64,000 bases of DNA. Source: Azolla caroliniana. Taxonomy: Eukaryota; Plantae; Polypodiophyta. The notes beneath the pieces are model-generated. The model was given only the letters and a program-made list of their open reading frames with translations. It searched no databases and had not been told where the DNA came from. The stretch covers positions 10,850,001 through 10,914,000 of the forward strand of contig JBHGNT010000015.1 of assembly GCA_043228905.1 (NCBI GenBank), given 5' to 3'. Positions 13,036 through 26,132 of the stretch are shown in pieces (positions within the stretch are counted from its first letter, which is position 1; the number at the start of each line of letters is the position of its first letter). The translations under genes were made by a program, and so were the position numbers.

Positions 13036-13978
13036 CATAGATTGAGATATTCGCATTCGTGGGGCCTCCCCCACGAATACCAACGAATACGTATAAGAAT
13101 ATTTCTTCCAATATTCGTTAACTTTTTTTTTCCCCTTTTTTCCCTAATTTTTTTTTGAAAAAATGTATTCGATGAGTAGCGAATAGAGAAGAGCTCTGCA
13201 GGGAATAGCAATCAGCAATCAACAGGGAACAACATCAAACATCGGCTCCTCGAAATTTGGGGTTCGACTGCGTCCTTTCCTCCTCCTGCGTAAGACATAC
13301 ACTCGGGCAAAGCAGTACAAAGCAATAAGAGATATCAATCAAACTAGGGTAAAACAAATATGATCCAAGATAGAGATCACTCAAATTAGGTTAATCAAAA
13401 GGAATCCATAAAAGATACCACTCAGCTTGGGTAGCAAAAGAAAGAAAGGAAAAACAAAAAGAAACAGAAAGAAACCCATCAAATGTAAAGAGTCAATGAG
13501 GTTCAAAGCAGAAGAGAAAGAAGAATCTCATCAAAGGTATCATTTCACATAAATATAGGTTAAGATAGGAGGAGAGAAACAGGGGGGGGGTAAGTTATAA
13601 AAAATTTCCATGATTTGTTTACCTTGAGATCACAAGAGGGGATGTCTTGGCAAGGGTGGGCAACAACAACAATCCACAGGTTGTTGTCAAGGATGCCATG
13701 GGCAAAAGGCCAAAAGCAAAAGAAGCAACAATGGCTATGGAAGCTTGAGGCACTCAATGGGTTCCACTAGTGGTTTTGATTTTTGAAGACCTTCCATTTT
13801 TCGATTAATTGGTGATTTTTCCTGTTTTTTTTAAGTGAATTGAATACTTTTTATTATGTAAATTTATTTTCCATAAACGAATGGTTTTATAATATTCTTG
13901 GAACAATTTTATATTCTCGAATACTACGAATATTGCGGATGTCGAATACCACGCATATCACGCATGGGTCAATCTATG
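13036..13978. mobile_element. hAT-type non-autonomous element
   Basis: TIR CATAGATTGA / TCAATCTATG, TSD CATAAATC vs CATACATC (7/8), repeated subterminal CGAATA/TATTCG. Confidence 0.8.
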
Positions 13979-13979
13979 C

Positions 13980-14583
13980 ATACATCCATATATGAGCCAT
14001 ACACATACTAAACATGAAAATACCCTGAAAAGATACATAAATACATTACATATTACATATATACACATACATGCATTCATACATGAACATACATATATTC
14101 ATTCATACATTGCTACACATACATACGTACACATGCCTGCAATGATACATTTATAAATGTTACCAACTTACATCCATACATGTACATACATGCATGCATA
14201 CATACAATACAAATGTACATACCTACACACATAAATATGTGCATATGTGTATATATGTATGTGGTGTGTGTTGTATGTGTGTGTGTATATATATTGTATT
14301 GTATGCATGAATACACACACATAACACATACACACGCACCATACATAGAATACATACACATGCACATGTAAAGAACACACACACACACATGCCATACACA
14401 CAATACATACAACACATGCAATACAATACAATATGTACATACACACACATACATATATACACCTGCAATACAATACATACATATGTACATCAATAGAAAA
14501 TACACACACATAACACATACATACATAGACACATGCTATATATACAATACATAATACATACATATGTATATGTAGAAATAAAG

Positions 14584-14621
<38 letters not shown>

Positions 14622-15035
14622 ACACATACGTATATAGACACATGCTACACATATGATACATACAATACATACATACATATGCATATATAGAAAATACACA
14701 CACACACTAACATTAACACATACATAATTAGACACATGTTATACATACAAATTTACAATACATATATGTATAAGCACATCTATAGAACACGTGTGCACAC
14801 ACACACACACATGTTGTACATACAATACATACATACGCACATACGCACATGCCATATACACAATACACACATAAGCACATGCATAGAACATACACAATTA
14901 CTCATATAGTAGATACATACATATACACATGGCATACATACAACACATGCAATATAATACATACATATGCACACACACCAAATATGCATACATATGTAAG
15001 GCACATGTGTACATAGACACACACACACACTACAA
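13980..15035. repeat. Degenerate (TACA)n/(CA)n tract
   Basis: Direct reading. Same strand polarity as 10840-12060 and 17440-17960. Confidence 0.9.
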
Positions 15036-15226
15036 CATTATTTTTAAAACACGTGACAGAGTCCCGCTAATTGTTTCAAAAAAAGGGGGGAAGAAAAGGG
15101 GGAGGGGGATTACATTCGTGTTTTAGCAAAAAATGGGGGGGGAGAGAATGAAAGGGAGGGGAGTATACATATTTTGATGTGGGACAAGAAAGAGGGGAGA
15201 GACAAAGATAGAGACAGAGACAGAGC

Positions 15227-15633
15227 GGCCACAATGACTGGCTCACCTCCATTTCTTGCCCCATCATCGATGGGTACATGATCGTCTCTGCTTCTCGAGA
15301 CAAGTCTCTTGTGGTGTGGTCCCTCACCCAAGACGAAAACTATGGCTATACGAAGAAACGTCTCACAGGTCATGGTCACTTCGTATAAGATGTTTTCATC
15401 TCTTCCGATAGGAAGTTTGCTCTATAAGGGAGCTGGGAGGGAGAGCTTCATCTGTGGGATCTCTAATCCGGTGCCACAAACCGCCGATTCACTGGACACT
15501 CTAAAGACACTCTGTGAACAATCGTCAGATCGTTTCCACGTCGAGGGATCGATTCATCAAGCTTTGGAACACTCTCGGCGAGTGCAACTATACTATCCAA
15601 GATGGAGATGCACACACCGGTTGGGTATCATGG
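15227..15633 (+). pseudogene. RACK1: RACK1 (WD40, G-beta-like) gene fragment, WD1-WD4, with stops and a frameshifting deletion
   Basis: GHNDWLTSISCPI...[59 protein letters not shown]...RRFTGHSKD // [38 protein letters not shown] is colinear with plant RACK1. Confidence 0.92.
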
Positions 15634-17439
15634 TTAATTCTCACATGTTACCGCAAATCCTATCATGGTTTCTGGTTCCTGGGACAAATATGTGGTGTGG
15701 AACTTTAATAACCTTAAATCACCCGCTAATTACAACAACAATAGGTCATAGTTGGGAGCTCCTCCACACAAAGGAATATTATGTGCAAATCCATCCATGC
15801 TATTGCAAGTGAGTTGATATAAAAAGTTCGACATTATGGGTTGTATGTACGGTTGTTTGTTGTAATCATGTTGTGTAGTTTTTCTCCTCCTAATGATTTT
15901 TCCATGGGTATGGTTTTTTTACGCATCAAACATTAAGAAATATGCATTTTTGTTGAAAGGATTGTCGATTTTGGGTCAGATATTGAAATAATTTTATTTA
16001 TACTTGCAAGTTGGGAAACTGTGGAAAAAGGGATCAACCAAATAATTATCCAAAAGTTGTTGTCGCATGCAGGTAATGACATGCCTGTTTAATGTGTTTT
16101 GTGAGCATTTTGTTTATGCTTTCACTTCAAACGTTTCATTGTTTGATACAATCATAAAATGTAGTTCTTGAAGAATTTTAAATTGGGATTTTTGTTTTGG
16201 AATGATTCTCAACACTCATAGGTGTGGCTATCATTTGGGCCTATGCATGCCTCATAGTAATGGGACCTACAAACATGCCTTTGATGTTATTGCTTCCAAC
16301 TGCTAGATTGGTCGAGCGTCATTGGTTGTTTCATCACCTTGGTAATTTGAGCCATATTGATTGTTTCTTTTGTTCATTGTACAATATAACAACATTTTTG
16401 AAGTGTGGGCAATTAGATAGAGTCACCCTTTGAAACTCAATAAATATAAGTGATGTGCATGTATATCTCAATGTTATCTATTTTTGGGCAAGGAAGAACA
16501 TGTAAGGGCATGATGTAACACGATGGTGAATAACACTTACATCAATGTGTTACTCAAGGATAAATATTGGATACACATTTTTGGTGATATAAAATCATTG
16601 TTCCTCTACCGATTCTCTTTTAGTAATTCCTAGTTATATATTGCAAGTTATATGTATCTAAGTTGATATTTAGATGGAACATCAAGGTTGCCAAAATTGT
16701 GAAATTAGTTTAATTTTGAATTTCTAAGCTTCACACTCCTTATACTCTTCAATGGGGTGCTTCGACGTTTCATGCAAGTCATATGGTTGGCATGATGGCT
16801 GCGGTGCTAGTTTCCATGGTTGAGGTAAATTTGTCATGTTGAAGTATGTTACCAATACAAGAGGCATAATTGAAACTCTATTTTGGTTTTATTTGTTGTG
16901 AATTGGATACACGAATTCCCACAATGTGTTTATTTCATTATGTAACAGTTAATTTGTCAAGACCAAACCTATCTACGATAAATATTGTTGTTGAGACCAA
17001 ACCTTTCAGATTAGATGTTCTTGAATCTAAACCTTTGTGGGTTCCATAGCTTACTTGCTATGTTTCTTTTGTAGAGAGATTAATGGCTATGGCTATGAAA
17101 GAGATGTTTAAAGGTTAAAAGTATTGTGTGTGGTTGCATTGTAGGAGCTTAAGGAGTTAAATGTTGAAGTTTTCTTAGAGAAAAACTCGGTATGTGTTTG
17201 TTTTGTCATTGTAGCAACTTCATGCAGTGAAGTTCTTTCTCAAGTTGAATGTTGTGAATTATTCTTGCACATCACATGGTATATTCTTGTTATGATATAT
17301 CTTCTGTTTGATATATCGTTTTTCACTTCCATGAAACCATGATATATGCAATGTTACATAGGCATGTCAAAGAAGATGGCATTGAGTGTGATCCTATTCT
17401 TTGAATGAAGGTGGTGTGAAGACGCACATACTCTCCACG

Positions 17440-17960
17440 CTCACATACATGCAAATATACATACAAACAAGCAAACATACATACATACAACAAACACATT
17501 CTAAACAAAAGAAATGTAGAAAGGGAAAACAAAAAATACAAAATGAAGAACAAAATAAATAAATGCTTGTTAAAAAAAGTAAAAACAAAAAGTAAACACG
17601 TTACAAAATGATTGTATGTGAGCGATGCCAATAGTGATGAGTTTTGGCATCACTACCAACCTATTTTATTGTGACATGTATAGAATACACATTCACATAG
17701 ATCTAACATGCACATACATAGACACATAGACACATGGCATAATACAATACATACAACACATGCAATACAATACAATACAATACATACATACATACATACA
17801 TAAACATGGAATACAATATAGTACATGCATACATACACATGCAATACAATACAATACAATACATAAACATGGAATACAACAAAATACATACACACATAAC
17901 ATATACATACATACATACAACCATGCATAAAATATGCCCAACACATTCAAATAATACAAT
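17440..17960. repeat. Degenerate (TACA)n/(ATACA)n tract
   Basis: Direct reading. Confidence 0.85.
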
Positions 17961-18185
17961 GCATATTTATATACATCTATAGGATATACATGTGTTTTTC
18001 TATGTAAGGGTATTTAAAATAGTTGTTGTCAAAATATATATTGACAATAAGGGGTATTTTTATTAATCGTTTTTTTACAAAAGGGTTCTAAAATAGTGAA
18101 AAAACATATGTATAAGGGGTTTATAAAAGATATCTTGAACGCACGTGATACAACCTCTTTAAATATAGTGGAACCCCCGGGGAGG

Positions 18186-18580
18186 TAACAATCAACAACG
18201 ATTCGGTTTGAACTGAACCAAACCGCGGTTAACACTTTAAACGGTTTGGTTCGGTTTCAACAGTTAGAAACCACGGTTTTAACGGTTTAACGGGTTTTTT
18301 TTTTAAAGAAAATTTAAAATTTTGCTTTTAAACAATCTTTTCATTTTCAAGCCTTATTCTCACATTTTAAGAAAATCTTTAAAATTTTGAAATTTTAAAA
18401 TAATGAAATATTTTAAATTTTGAATTTTGACCGAAGTTGAAAACCGAAACCAAACCACAAAACCGTGGTTTTAATGGTTTGAATTTTTTTTAATGGTTCG
18501 GTTTAGTTTGGTCCACGTTTCAAAAAAATTAAATGGCTCGGTTTTGATCTCAAACCAAACCGAACCGTTGCCGATTGTTA
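18186..18580. mobile_element. Old hAT-like MITE
   Basis: TIR TAACAATCAACAACG / CGTTGCCGATTGTTA, degenerate TSD CGGGGAGG / GTTGGAGG, AAACCG/CGGTTT subterminal motifs, AT-rich core. Confidence 0.7.
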
Positions 18581-18769
18581 GTTGGAGGTTCAAAACCCCC
18601 TAATACATTACAGAATGATATTTGACAAACCTAAGAGTGCATGTTTTCACATTGTGCATTAAAGATAACACGACAACACTACCCATCCATATCCTTGAGC
18701 CCTATCACTTTCTTCCTCCATGGTATTTGATAGGTGACAATCCACGTTTTCACATCATGCACTAGAAAT

Positions 18770-21700
18770 GACACGACGCACGACATACACCTTGAAGATC
18801 AAGGAGCTTTGCGACTCGCTCGGCTCGATAAGCGTAAGTATCGATGATGATGAGATGGTGCAAATATGCCTCGGCGGCCTCGCACCATGGTTTGGCGCGA
18901 TGCAAACCACCATTCTAGCAAGGGAGAAATCTCCCTCCTTCGAGCTCCAATCAATGCTATTGGTCGAAGAAAACCACATGCGTACAAGGAGCAACGAGTC
19001 AGAAGGCCACATGCTTTACACGCACTCAAACGAAGGAAGAGGACATAGATGAGCGAGAGGCCGATTCAGCCAAGGACAAGGCGGACGAGGTCCGACCTAC
19101 GACAACAACTCCCAATTTCGGTCGCAAAATGAAAGCCAACGAGGAACCTTCGCAAGAAGGGGGAGCTTCCACTCCGCCCCGAGCCGTCAAAACGCAACCG
19201 AATGCGGATATTGTGGAAAGCTCGGCCACCACAAAGAAGAGTGCCAAAAGAAGATGCACGAATCAGCTTCCACAAGCCGACAACTCACAAATTACGCGCA
19301 CAATTCCGACTACGAAGAGTAAAGCGGAATGTACGGGCACAACTCCGACTACGAAGATCGTGGCGGAATGTTCATGATAAAACATAGAGCAAACTCTATG
19401 TCGGCCTCTACCTCAACTAATGCCTACGGTCCGAAAGACGTATGGTTCGTCGATTCCGGTACCTCGAACCATATGACATTGCATCAAGAATGGTTCCGAG
19501 AACTTCGAGAGCTGGACCGACCCGGCTATGTCGAAACCGGAGACGACACTACGCACCCGATTTGGCACATCGGCAATGTTCCGTTCGGAAAAGAAGGTAA
19601 GCAAAATTACATTAAAAATGTCTTGCATGTACCGACCCTTACGAAGAATTTGGTCTCCGTCGGCCAAATTGTAGAGCAAGGGATGCAAGTTCGATTTAAT
19701 CAAGGCGGTTGCTTCATCGAAAAAGAGGGCCGACTCATCGCACGCGGACGAAGAGAGGGCCGAATGTTCATTCTTGACTCACACGAGATGAAATCGGTCA
19801 TGTTCGCAAAGGGCATGAAAGCCGACTCCGACATAGAGTTATGGCACAAGTGGATTGGCCATATAAATCTCCAAAAGCTCAAAGCAATGAAATCAAAAGG
19901 AGTCATCATCGGACTCCCAACATTCAAAGAGAAGGAGATTGAAGGTGTATGCAAAGCATGCCAATTCGGCAAGCAACACCGACACCCATTCCCGAAAGAG
20001 CGGAACGTGAGCAAAGGTCTACTCGACGTAGTCCATTCCGACGTATGGGGACCGGCGCAGACGGCTACATTCGGCAGATGCCGATATTATGTTGTGAAGA
20101 ATTTCGGCCAGAGGCGGAAACCGGGCAACATTGGCTACCTCGGCGGGGTGCAGCATGTGTACGCACCCTTGTACATTTAGTGTGAATATCGAGGGCGCCT
20201 TTATGGCGCCGACGAGTAGTCAAGTCGGGACAGACGATCCAATGTAAGTCGGGATTTATCCCACATTGTAACGCGTCCCTCTCCTTGTTCTATAAAAGGA
20301 AGGGAGCGGCCTTTGTGAAAGGGCTGCCCATTTTGCATTAGAGGGTATACTGTTAGGTTTAGAGTTAGGTTCTTCTTCTCTCCCCTTCGTGTTTTGCTTA
20401 GGGTTTGCTTTGGTTAGGCCTCCTGTGCAAGACCCCGCTCGGCGCGACGAGCTGAGAGCTCCCCAACGGCGGCTTGGCAGCAGACGACTACTGTAACCTA
20501 CCTCAGTCCGGCTCGAAGCCGGGAATGTATTCTTCATATATATACATACATATACATTTACGTTTGTCTGTGTATATTCGCGTCGTTGTTGGCGTCGGGT
20601 GCTTACCCTCTCCTGCGTTTTCTGTACATAAGGCGTGAGTCGGGTTGAGCTGTGTGTGTGTGTGTGTGTGTGCGTGAGTCGGTGTTAAGCACGCTCTCTC
20701 TCTCTCTCTCCCTTCGGTTGCTTCCGGTGTGTTTCTGGGATGCCCCAAAAACAGTGAAGCACGACTCCCTATGCTCCATCACTCTCTAGTCCAAGACCCC
20801 CGTGGTCCCGCCTTTCTCCACGCACGCGCGTAACAACGCGACAACGTGCTCTTCATCAACGACTTCTCTAGGCACACTTGGATCTACCCAATGCGGCAAA
20901 AGAGTGAAGTGTTCGAACACTTCCAAACATTCAAGAATGAAGTCGAGAAAGCCACGGGCTGACATGTACGTTGTCTTCGATCGAATGGCGACAAGGAGTA
21001 CTTCTTGGACGATTTCACGGCATATCTTCGAAAGGAAGGAATTCAGCGAGAATTCACTTGCAGACACACTCCACAACAAAACGGAGTAGCCGAGCGCAAA
21101 AATCGGCACATCCTCGAAGTAGCGCGCGCGGGCCATGATGAATGAGAAGCATATGCCCAAGTCATATCGGGCCATGATGAACGAGAAGCATATGCCCATC
21201 CTCGCACATCCGGATATTCGGCGCGATAGCGTACGTGCACATCCCCGACAGAGAAGCATCAAAAGCTTGACCCGAAGTCGGAGAAATGTATCCTCGTAGG
21301 ATACTCATTGGAGCAAAAGGGGTACAAGTGCTACAACCCCTCAACTCAAAAATCTTGAGTAAGTCGAGACGTCGTTTTTGACGAGTCTGCATCTTGGTAC
21401 GCACTAGAGACAACTTCGACTCCGACTCCGCTCGACCCGAAATCCGCCGAACAAGAGATAGAGGATGAAGATCGCCTTACACGCATACTCGAAGAAAGTC
21501 CGATCACGACCCGACTGAGCGGACCACAAGAGCCTTTGAGCGATCAAAGCACATCACGGCCTAGCCCGAAGATGGACAAAGGTAAGGCGAAAACGGCGGA
21601 ATACGCAGACGATCACTTCGACGACGATGAGTGGACTCACTCACTCGACAGTGAGTTCGGCGGCTTCGATGTACCAATCGGAGCTAAGAAAGCCCTTATC

Positions 21701-23976
21701 TCTGCAAATGAAAAGCTCCGTCATTCCACCCGTGAAAAGAATTCGGTCAGCTGATTCGGCTACAATGCCTACATGGCATATCACTATGCCTTTATGATGA
21801 AGGTGGCGACAGTACGCGAGCCGGAAACATTTTCCGAAACAACCAAGGATCCGCGATGGATAAAAGCCATGAACGAGGAGATGCAAGCACTATGCAAGAA
21901 TGAGACGTGGGATCTCGTTCCCACCTCACCACACAAAAAGGTGATCGGATGCAGATGGATTTACAAAGTGAAGTACAACGCCGACGATTCCGTCAACCGC
22001 TACAAAGCACGACTCGTAGCAAAAGGCTACGCCCAAACGCACGGAGTTGACTACGAGGAGACCTTTGCCCCGGTGGCAAAGATGATGACGGTATGGACCG
22101 TAATTGCGCTTGTCATGGCGAAAGGGTGGCATCTTCGTCAAATAGACGTCAAGAACGCCTTTCTACAAGGCGAATTAGAAGAGGTGTACATGATACAACC
22201 ACCCGGCTTCAACTTGAGCAACCATCCGAAAGTTGTATGCTGACTCAAGAAGCCACTCTACGGCCTCAAGCAAGCACCGCGTGCTTGGCATTTGAAGATA
22301 ACGCAATATCTTCATCAAATCGGCTTCTATATGTGAAAATCGGACAACTCCCTCTACATACGAAGCGATTCCGCAAGTCCGATCGTCATCATCTTATATG
22401 TGGATGACCTAGTAATTGGCGGTGAGCATCTCGTTGACATCAATAAGGTCAAATCCCTCCTTTCTGACAAGTTCGAGATGACGGACATGAAGGAGCTCCA
22501 CTGCTTTGTCGGCATCGAGGTAATTCGAACTCCGGCTGGAATCATGATTTCTCAACGACACTACATCCTCAACTTGTTATACAAGTTCGGTATGGCTGAG
22601 TGCAAATCCGCGGCAACCCCGCTTGATCGCAATCTCAAACTAGATGCGAACTGCGGCACCAAAGCATGTGAGCCAACTCAGTATTGGCAATTCATCGGGA
22701 GTCTCATCTACCTCACGATCACTCGACCCGATCTCAGTTATCCGGTCGGTCTCCTTAGCCAATTCATGCAAACACCGTGTGATGCTCACTTGGATTGCGC
22801 TAAGCGAGTTCTATGATACGTGAGAGGCACAATGGATTGCGATATCCTCTACAAGACCACGATGCCAATACGACTCGAGGGGTACACAAACGCCAATTGG
22901 GCTAGCTACAAAGTTGATAGAAGATCAACCTCCGGATTTGTTTTCTCCCTCGGCAGCAGAGCAATATCCTGGAACAACAAAAAGCAACCAACCGTCGCTC
23001 TTTCGAGCACAGAGGCGGAATATAGGGGCACGACAGTGGCCGCATGTGAAGCCGTATGGCTCAAAAGGATACTCAAGGATATGGGCATACCCATCAAGGA
23101 TCCGACTTCCCTTTACTATGACAACATGAGCAGTATTTATCTAGCTCAGAACCCGGTGTTCCACGCACGGACAAAGCACATCGAAGTGCACTATCACTTC
23201 ATCCGAGAGCGCGTTCTAGCTAGCGATGTCGACCTACAACACATTAGCACCAATCTTCAAACGGTCGACATCTTCACTAAAGCCTTAGGAGCCGACAAGC
23301 TATGGCAATTCATGACCGATCTCGGATTGACGATCCCCAACCTACCAAGCTTGAGGGGGAGTACTGAAGACACTATGCAATAACGCGTGGATTACGCAAC
23401 CACGCAAAGCTGCGAAGAAAGACGCAAGCCGAAGCACAGACTTCACAACTACGCACAACGCATGTTGGAGCACGGATCCCGCAACTCCGCATAAATGCAA
23501 GTCGACGCGAGTTGACGCAGACTCCGGAACGCGAGTCGAAGCGGATTTCGGATACCGTCTGAAACCGACCCGACTTGAGCTTGAGGGGGCGTGTTGAGAA
23601 TCAAGCTCAACTTGGTCTAGTGTGTGAACTCACCTTGAGAGTGAATAGACACTCCAACAGTCAAGAGTCACAATTATGTCACCTCTTTGTATTCTAGCAT
23701 TTAGTATGAGTCATAGAATCATATTCTATGACACATAACTTATGAGCTTTCACATTCCCCATGCTCCATGAGTCTTGTACTTAATGAAGAGAGAGGGTGA
23801 CTATGTAAAGCACCCTCCTCCCACCTTGTATTGAGTTGAGTCTTTCTCCTTTGTTAATATACTTCTACCTTGCGTACTCTTTGTGTCTTACTCCTTGTCT
23901 CTCTCACTCTCTCTCTCATACACACACATAACTCACATCTCTTCCGCTTCACAAGAATCATATCCAATTCTTACCA
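18770..23976 (+). mobile_element. Decayed Ty1/copia element with 3' LTR 23592-23976; 5' LTR missing
   Basis: gag, CGYCGKLGHHKEEC, protease WFVDSGTSNHM, INT, RT, RNase H (NPVFHARTKHIEVHYHF), PPT TTGAGGGGGCG, LTR TGTTGAG...TTACCA. Multiple stops and frameshifts. Confidence 0.93.
20093..20843 (+). mobile_element. Solo LTR (gypsy-type) inserted in the copia integrase
   Basis: TG...CGACA termini, TATA CTATAAAAGG, flanks ATGT/ACGT. Removing it restores CRYYVLFINDFSRHTW. Confidence 0.8.
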
Positions 23977-26132
23977 TTGCCTGGGAACGGCTTGGGAGCT
24001 TGCTTCAATCCGTATAAGCTCTTCTTCAACCGGCATACCAGGAGCTCCTTCCCTTTCTTGACAAATCCCTCAGAGATGCTTGCCACGATGCTCAACACCG
24101 TCCGGATGGATGTCATCTTGACTACCGGGATGAAGATCTCGTTGAAATCCACTCCTTTCTTCTGTTGAAACCCCTTCACCACAATCCCAGCTATGTATCT
24201 CGGTGGATTTCCAACGTCTCCCGGTTTCAACTTGTACACCCACTTGTTCTAGAGCGCTCTCTTTCCTTTTGGCAGCTCTGTCAGCTCATATGTATGGTTC
24301 TCATGGAGGGAATCCATCTCATCCTGCATGGCACTTAACCTCTTGCGGTTGTGGGTGTCTTTCTTTGCTTCTTTGAAGCTTTCCGGCTCCCCCTCGTCGG
24401 TCAGCAACACATGCTCTACATCCGGAAATATGCGGGGGGGCCTTCTCTCTCTTAGAGGGTATCTTCATCCTTGGTTTCCGATTATCGGTTCCTTCATATG
24501 TTCTTCATCTGAATTTGATTCAGGGTCTTGTCCAGTGCTGGTGTCCAAATCTTCTTCTTCTTCAGTCAATTCGGTTTCTAGTCCAACTCTGGCTAGTTCT
24601 TCGAGTGTCATCTGGCTTTCGGCCGGATGAGTCCTTGTATCTTTTGACCGATCTCTATCGGTCGACCCGGAGTAAATTATCTTCTTCTCCAACTCCCAGT
24701 CGGCAATGTTATTGTCTTCCATGAAGACTATGTCATGACTTCGGAAAACCTTCTTGTCGACCAAGTCCCACACTCGGTAGCCAAACTCATCATTGTTGTA
24801 TCCAAGGATTATGCATGCCTGGGACTTCGGATCCAACTTTGCACTCTTGTCCTTTGCAACATGCACGTAAGCGAGACAACTGAACATCTTCAAATATTGG
24901 TAAGACACGTCTTTATCGGTCCATACTCTTTGTGGTGTGTCTCCTTCCAAGGGTGATGAGGTTGATCTGTTTATCATATAGGTCGTTGTCATCAGCCCCT
25001 CAACCCAAAATGTCTTAGGTAACTTTGCATGTGCCAGCATGCTCTGGACTCTCTCCATTATTGTCCGGTTCATTCTCTTGGCCAGCCCATTCAGTTCTAG
25101 TGTCTTCGGCACAGTGAATTCGAGTCGGATTCCCTTCAACTAGCTATACTCCTCGAACTACCCCCGGTATTCTCCTCCATTATCTGCTCGAACCGCCTTC
25201 AACTTCTGGAAAGTTTCTCTTTCCACTCTCGCGTGGAACTCCTTGAAGATGGATAACACCGGATCCTTCGTCTTCAGCGATGAGACCCACAACTTCCGAC
25301 TGTGGTCATCTATGAACGTCACGAAGTACTGTGATCCAGCATGTGACTTCGTGTTCATTTGGCATACATCGGTATGCACAAGTTCTAGCGGTGCATTTCG
25401 TCTCATCAGTGGTCTTGTCCGGAAAGAACACGATCAAGCTTCCTTTGCTGAACTTCATGACTTCGTTCTGGATACTACCCGTGTAGCCTTCATCATCTAA
25501 TTGACCAGCTGATATCAGGTTCAATCGAACCTCCGGAACGTGTCAGACATCCTTCAACAACAACTTGCACCCGGGTGATGTCGTCAACCACACGTCTCCA
25601 ATGCCGACAATTCGGCATGCACCTTCATTTCCCATATGGATATGTGAAAGTGTTTTTACAATTCAAGCCATTGAATGTTACAAGAATATAAGGTATGGAG
25701 CATTCACATTTGGAGGCAAAGAACACAAACCAATATCTTAAGAAGAAGTCAAAAGTAAAAGTAAGATACATAGAGAAAAGTAAAAAGATAAAAAGCGGGC
25801 CATAAAAAACAGTAAAAAAGCAATGGTCATAACTCTTTCATTTGTAACCCAAATATCACGTTTAATTATGGGTTAGAAAGCTTGTAAAGTGAGGTATCTA
25901 TACTTTTTAAATCTCTAAATTTGGAGCTCGGATGAGGGAGATATGAGATTAGAAGGTCACTGGGTCTTAGTTAAAAATAGGAGATAAAAAGCTTCTAAAA
26001 ATAGCGTGAACGAGGAAGAAGAAGAAAATTATAAAAGAGGAAGTGATAGTTGTAGGTGGGGGAGAGGAGGAGAGGTCTTAGTAGTGGGAAGAAGGAAGAA
26101 AGTGATTAAGGTAGAATAGTGAAAGACATTTG

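Noticed and set aside
15309-15812. 167-aa ORF as a novel gene
   Set aside because: Off-frame shadow of the RACK1 pseudogene
16000-17300. Possible transposase remnant within the putative Pack element
   Set aside because: No recognisable DDE, SWIM or other motif by eye
10780-17960. Many Cys/Tyr/Val/Met- or His/Thr-rich ORFs
   Set aside because: Translation artefacts of TA/CA low-complexity DNA
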